64,000 nucleotides of DNA, taken from positions 1 to 64,000 of the forward strand of contig QPMI01000280.1 of NCBI GenBank assembly GCA_004431415.1, read 5' to 3'. This DNA comes from Cyanophora paradoxa CCMP329 (Eukaryota > Plantae > Glaucophyta). The position numbers and the translations under genes were made by a program. Position 1 is the first letter of the stretch, and every line of letters begins with the position of its first letter. The notes beneath the pieces are model-generated. The model ran no database searches and had not been told where the DNA came from. It was given only the letters and a program-made list of their open reading frames with translations. This document shows positions 58,801-64,000 of this stretch, piece after piece.

Positions 58801-61800
58801 CAAATCTCTCTGGGGGAATATGCACAAGGCGCTAGCCTTAGGCAGATGACCCACCCACCAGCAAGTCACTCAGTCGAAGGCCCCAGGTTTCCGATCTGCC
58901 ACAAAATAGAAGAAAGATGCACCCCAAATCTCTCTGGGGGAATATGCACAAGGCGCTAGCCTTAGGCAGATGACCCACCCACCAGCAAGTCACTCAGTCA
59001 AAGGCCCCAGGTTTCCGATCTGCCACAAAATAGAAGAAAGATGCACCCCAAATCTCTCTGGGGGAATATGCACAAGGCGCTAGCCTTAGGCAGATGACCC
59101 ACCCACCAGCAAGTCACTCAGTTGAAGGCCCCAGGTTTCGATCTGCCACAAAATAGAAGAAAGATGCACTTCAAATCTCTCTGGGGGAATATGCACAAGG
59201 CGCTAGCCTTAGGCAGATGACCCACCCACCAGCAAGTCACTCAGTGAAGGCCCCAGGTTTCCGATCTGCCACAAAATAGAAGAAAGATGCACCCCAAATC
59301 TCTCTGGGGAATATGCACAAGGCGCTAGCCTTAGGCAGATGACCACCCACCAGCAAGTCACTCAGCGAAGGCCCAGGTTTCCGATCTGCCACAAAATAGA
59401 AGAAAGATGCACCCAAATCTCTCTGGGGGAATATGCACAAGGCTCTAGCCTTAGGCAAATGACCCACCCACCAGCAAGTCACTCAGTCGAAGGCCCCAGG
59501 TTTCGATCTGCCACAAAATAGAAGAAAGATGCACCCCAAATCTCTCTGGGGGAATATGCACAAGGCGCTAGCCTTAGGCAAATGACCCACCCACCAGCAA
59601 GTCACTCAGTCAGAGGCCCCAGGTTTCCGATCTGCCACAAAATAGAAGAAGGATGCACCCCAAATCTCTCTGGGGGAATATGCACAAGGCGCTAGCCTTA
59701 GGCAGATACCCACCCACCAGCAAGTCACTCAGTCGAAGGCCCCAGGTTTCCGATCTGCCAGAAAATAGAAGAAAGATGCACCCCAAATCTCTCTGGGGAA
59801 TATGCACAAGGGCTAGCCTTAGGCAGATGACCACCCACCAGCAAGTCACTCAGTCAAGGCTGCAGTTTCCGATCAGCCAAAAATAGAAGAAGATGCACTT
59901 CAAATCTCTCTGGGGGAATATGCACAAGGCGCTAGCCTTAGCAGATGACTCCCAACCAGCAAGTCACCAGTCAGAGGCCCAGGTTTCCATCTGCCAGAAA
60001 ATAGAAGAAGATGCACTTCAAATCTCTCTGGGGAATATGCACAAGGCTCTAGCCTTAGGCAATGACCCACCCACCAGCAAGTCACTCAGTGAAGGCCCCA
60101 GGTTTCCGATCTGCCACAAAATAGAAGAGAGAGATGCACTTCAAATCTCTCTGGGGGAATATGCACAAGGCTCTAGCCTTAGGCGAATGACCCACCCACC
60201 AGCAAGTCATTCAGTTGAAGGCCCCAGGTTTCCGATCTGCCACAAAATAGAAGAAGAGATGCACCCCAAATCTCTCTGGGGAATATGCACAAGGCGCTGC
60301 CTTAGGCAGATGAACCACCCACCAGCAAGTCACTCAGTGAAGGCCCCAGGTTTCTGATCTGCCAGAAAATAGAAGAAGGATGCACTTCAAATCTCTCTGG
60401 GGGAATATGCACAAGGCGCTAGCCTTAGGCAGATGACCCACCCACCAGCAAGTCACTCAGTCAGAGGCCCCAGGTTTCCGATCTGCCACAAAATAGAAGA
60501 AAGATGCACTTCAAATCTCTCTGGGCGAATATGCACAAGGCGCTAGCCTTAGGCAGATGATCCACCCACCAGCAAGTCACTCAGTCGAAGGCCGCAGGTT
60601 TCCGATCTGCCAGAAAATAGAAGAAGGATGCACCCCAAATCTCTCTGGGGAATATGCACAAGGCCTAGCCTTAGGCAATGACCCACCCACCAGCAAGTCA
60701 CTCAGTCGAAGGCCCCAGGTTTCGATCTGCCACAAAATAGAAGAAAGATGCACCCCAAATCTCTCTGGGGAATATGCACCAGGCGCTAGCCTTAGGCAAT
60801 GACCCACCCACCAGCAAGTCACTCAGTCAAGGCCCCAGGTTTCCGATCTGCCACAAAATAGAAGAAGATGCACCCCAAATCTCTCTGGGGAATATGCACA
60901 AGGCGCTAGCCTTAGGCAGATGACCCACCACCAGCAAGTCACTCAGTTGAAGGCCCCAGGTTTCCGATCTGCCAAAAATAGAAGAAAGATGCACCCAAAT
61001 CTCTCTGGGGAATATGCACAAGGCGCTAGCCTTAGGCAGATGACCCACCCACCAGCAAGTCACTCAGTCAAGGCCCAGGTTTCCGATCTGCCAGAAAATA
61101 GAAGAAGATGCACTCAAATCTCTCTGGGGGAATATGCACAAGGCGCTAGCCTTAGGCAGATGACCCCCACCAGCAAGTCACTCAGTCAAGGCCCAGGTTT
61201 CCGATCTGCCACAAAATAGAAGAAGATGCACTCAAATCTCTCTGGGGAATATGCACAAGGCGCTAGCCTTAGGCAGATGACCCACCCACCAGCAAGTCAC
61301 TCAGTCGAAGGCCCCAGGTTTCCGATCTGCCACAAAATAGAAGAAAGATGCACCCAAATCTCTCTGGGGAATATGCACAAGGCTCTAGCCTTAGGCAAAT
61401 GCCCCACCCACCAGCAAGTCACTCAGATGAAGGCCCCAGGTTTCCGATCTGCCACAAAATAGAAGAAAGATGCACCCCAAATCTCTCTGGGGGAATATGC
61501 ACAAGGCGCTAGCCTTAGGCAGATGACCCACCCACCAGCAAGTCACTCAGTCGAAGGCCCCAGGTTTCCGATCTGCCACAAAATAGAAGAAAGATGCACT
61601 TCAAATCTCTCTGGGGGAATATGCACAAGGCGCTAGCCTTAGGCAGATGACCCACCCACCAGCAAGTCACTCAGTCGAAGGCCCCAGGTTTCCGATCTGC
61701 CACAAAATAGAAGAAAGATGCACCCCAAATCTCTCTGGGGGAATATGCACAAGGCGCTAGCCTTAGGCAGATGACCCACCCACCAGCAAGTCACTCAGTC

Positions 61801-64000
61801 GAAGGCCCCAGGTTTCCGATCTGCCACAAAATAGAAGAAGGATGCACCCCAAATCTCTCTGGGGGAATATGCACAAGGCTCTAGCCTTAGGCAGATGACC
61901 CACCCACCAGCAAGTCACTCAGTCGAAGGCCCCAGGTTTCGGATCTGCCACAAAATAGAAGAAAGATGCACCCCAAATCTCTCTGGGGGAATATGCACAA
62001 GGCGCTAGCCTTAGGCAGATGACCCACCCACCAGCAAGTCACTCAGTCGAAGGCCCCAGGTTTCCGATCTGCCACAAAATAGAAGAAAGATGCACCCCAA
62101 ATCTCTCTGGGGGAATATGCACAAGGCGCTAGCCTTAGGCAGATGACCCACCCACCAGCAAGTCACTCAGTCGAAGGCCCAGGTTTCCGATCTGCCACAA
62201 AATAGAAGAAAGATGCACTCAAATCTCTCTGGGGAATATGCACAAGGCGCTAGCCTTAGGCAGATGACCCACCACCAGCAAGTCACTCAGTCAAGGCCCA
62301 GGTTTCCGATCTGCCAGAAAATAGAAGAAGATGCACTTCAAATCTCTCTGGGGAATATGCACAAGGCGCTAGCCTTAGGCAGATGACCCACCACCAGCAA
62401 GTCACTCAGTCAAGGCCCAGGTTTCCGATCTGCCACAAAATAGAAGAAAGATGCACTCAAATCTCTCTGGGGAATATGCACAAGGCGCTAGCCTTAGGCA
62501 GATGACCCACCCACCAGCAAGTCACTCAGATGAAGGCCCCAGGTTTCCGATCCGCCACAAAATAGAAGAAAGATGCACCCCAAATCTCTCTGGGGAATAT
62601 GCACAAGGCGCTAGCCTTAGGCAGATGACCCACCCACCAGCAAGTCACTCAGTGAAGGCCCCAGGTTTCGATCTGCCACAAAATAGAAGAAAGATGCACC
62701 CAAATCTCTCTGGGGAATATGCACAAGGCCTAGCCTTAGGCAGATGACCCACCCACCAGCAAGTCACTCAGTTGAAGGCCCCAGGTTTCCGATCTGCCAC
62801 AAAATAGAAGAAAGATGCACTCCAAATCTCTCTGGGGGAATATGCACAAGGCGCTAGCCTTAGGCAGATGACCCACCCACCAGCAAGTCACTCAGTCGAA
62901 GGCCCCAGGTTTCCGATCTGCCACAAAATAGAAGAAAGATGCACTTCAAATCTCTCTGGGGGAATATGCACAAGGCGCTAGCCTTAGGCAGATGACCCAC
63001 CCACCAGCAAGTCACTCAGTCGAAGGCCCCAGGTTTCGATCTGCCACAAAATAGAAGAAAGATGCACCCCAAATCTCTCTGGGGGAATATGCACAAGGCG
63101 CTAGCCTTAGGCAGATGACCCACCCACCAGCAAGTCACTCAGTCAAAGGCCCCAGGTTTCCGATCTGCCACAAAATAGAAGAAGGATGCACCCAAATCTC
63201 TCTGGGGGAATATGCACAAGGCGCTAGCCTTAGGCAGATGACCCACCCACCAGCAAGTCACTCAGTCGAAGGCCCCAGGTTTCCGATCTGCCAGAAAATA
63301 GAAGAAGGATGCACTTCAAATCTCTCTGGGGGAATATGCACAAGGCGCTAGCCTTAGGCAGATGACCCACCCACCAGCAAGTCACTCAGTCGAAGGCCCC
63401 AGGTTTCCGATCTGCCAAAAATAGAAGAAGGATGCACCCCAAATCTCTTTGGGGGAATATGCACAAGGCGCTAGCCTTAGGCAGATGACCCACCCACCAG
63501 CAAGTCACTCAGTCGAAGGCCCCAGGTTTCCGATCTGCCACAAAATAGAAGAAGGATGCACCCAAATCTCTCTGGGGGAATATGCACAAGGCTCTAGCCT
63601 TAGGCAGATGACCCACCACCAGCAAGTCACTCAGTCAAGGCCCAGGTTTCCGATCTGCCAAAAATAGAAGAAAGATGCACCCAAATCTCTCTGGGGAATA
63701 TGCACAAGGCGCTAGCCTTAGGCAGATGACCCCACCAGCAAGTCACTCAGTCGAAGGCCCCAGGTTTCCGATCTGCCAGAAAATAGAAGAAGATGCACTT
63801 CAAATCTCTCTGGGGGAATATGCACAAGGCTCTAGCCTTAGGCAGATGACCCACCCACCAGCAAGTCACTCAGTTGAAGGCCCCAGGTTTCCGATCTGCC
63901 ACAAAATAGAAGAAAGATGCACCCCAAATCTCTCTGGGGGAATATGCACAAGGCGCTAGCCTTAGGCAGATGACCCACCCACCAGCAAGTCACTCAGTTG
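55800..64000. repeat. 124-bp tandem satellite array (right)
   Basis: Same monomer and orientation as 1-7662. It is more homogeneous, with many single-base homopolymer losses beyond ~59100. Confidence 0.97.

Noticed and set aside
59100-64000. Apparent shorter satellite variants
   Set aside because: The differences are scattered single-base homopolymer losses typical of long-read consensus error. They cannot be called biological without reads.

Overview
This is eukaryotic repeat-rich DNA, probably pericentromeric or other heterochromatin, with no recognisable host gene. Two homologous satellites frame the window: a 124-bp unit (1-7662, ~55800-64000) and a 206-bp unit (7663-10496, ~17495-22530). 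Between them is a nest of mobile DNA. (i) Two diverged copies of one endogenous Polinton-like dsDNA virus: copy 1 at 10497-~17494 (minus) and copy 2 at 32209-~55800 (plus). Both start with AGCTGAGCT. Both carry a very large replicase (N-terminal domain, Cys/His vOTU-like domain, protein-primed-type PolB, SF1 helicase, C-terminal His-Me/HNH nuclease) whose stop overlaps the ATG of an rve integrase. Copy 2 also has a penton-like minor capsid gene and an A32-like packaging ATPase remnant. (ii) Two decayed head-to-head Ty3/Gypsy pol remnants. (iii) An intron-containing RepHel Helitron and a related 1.95-kb non-autonomous element, both ending hairpin-CTTG. (iv) A 3.27-kb insertion with an 18-19-bp TSD, an oligo-A end, a 5' cloverleaf and a six-intron gene but no RT or transposase. 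Most short ORFs in the track are satellite or shadow-frame artefacts. All protein assignments come from motifs read by eye, with no database searches.
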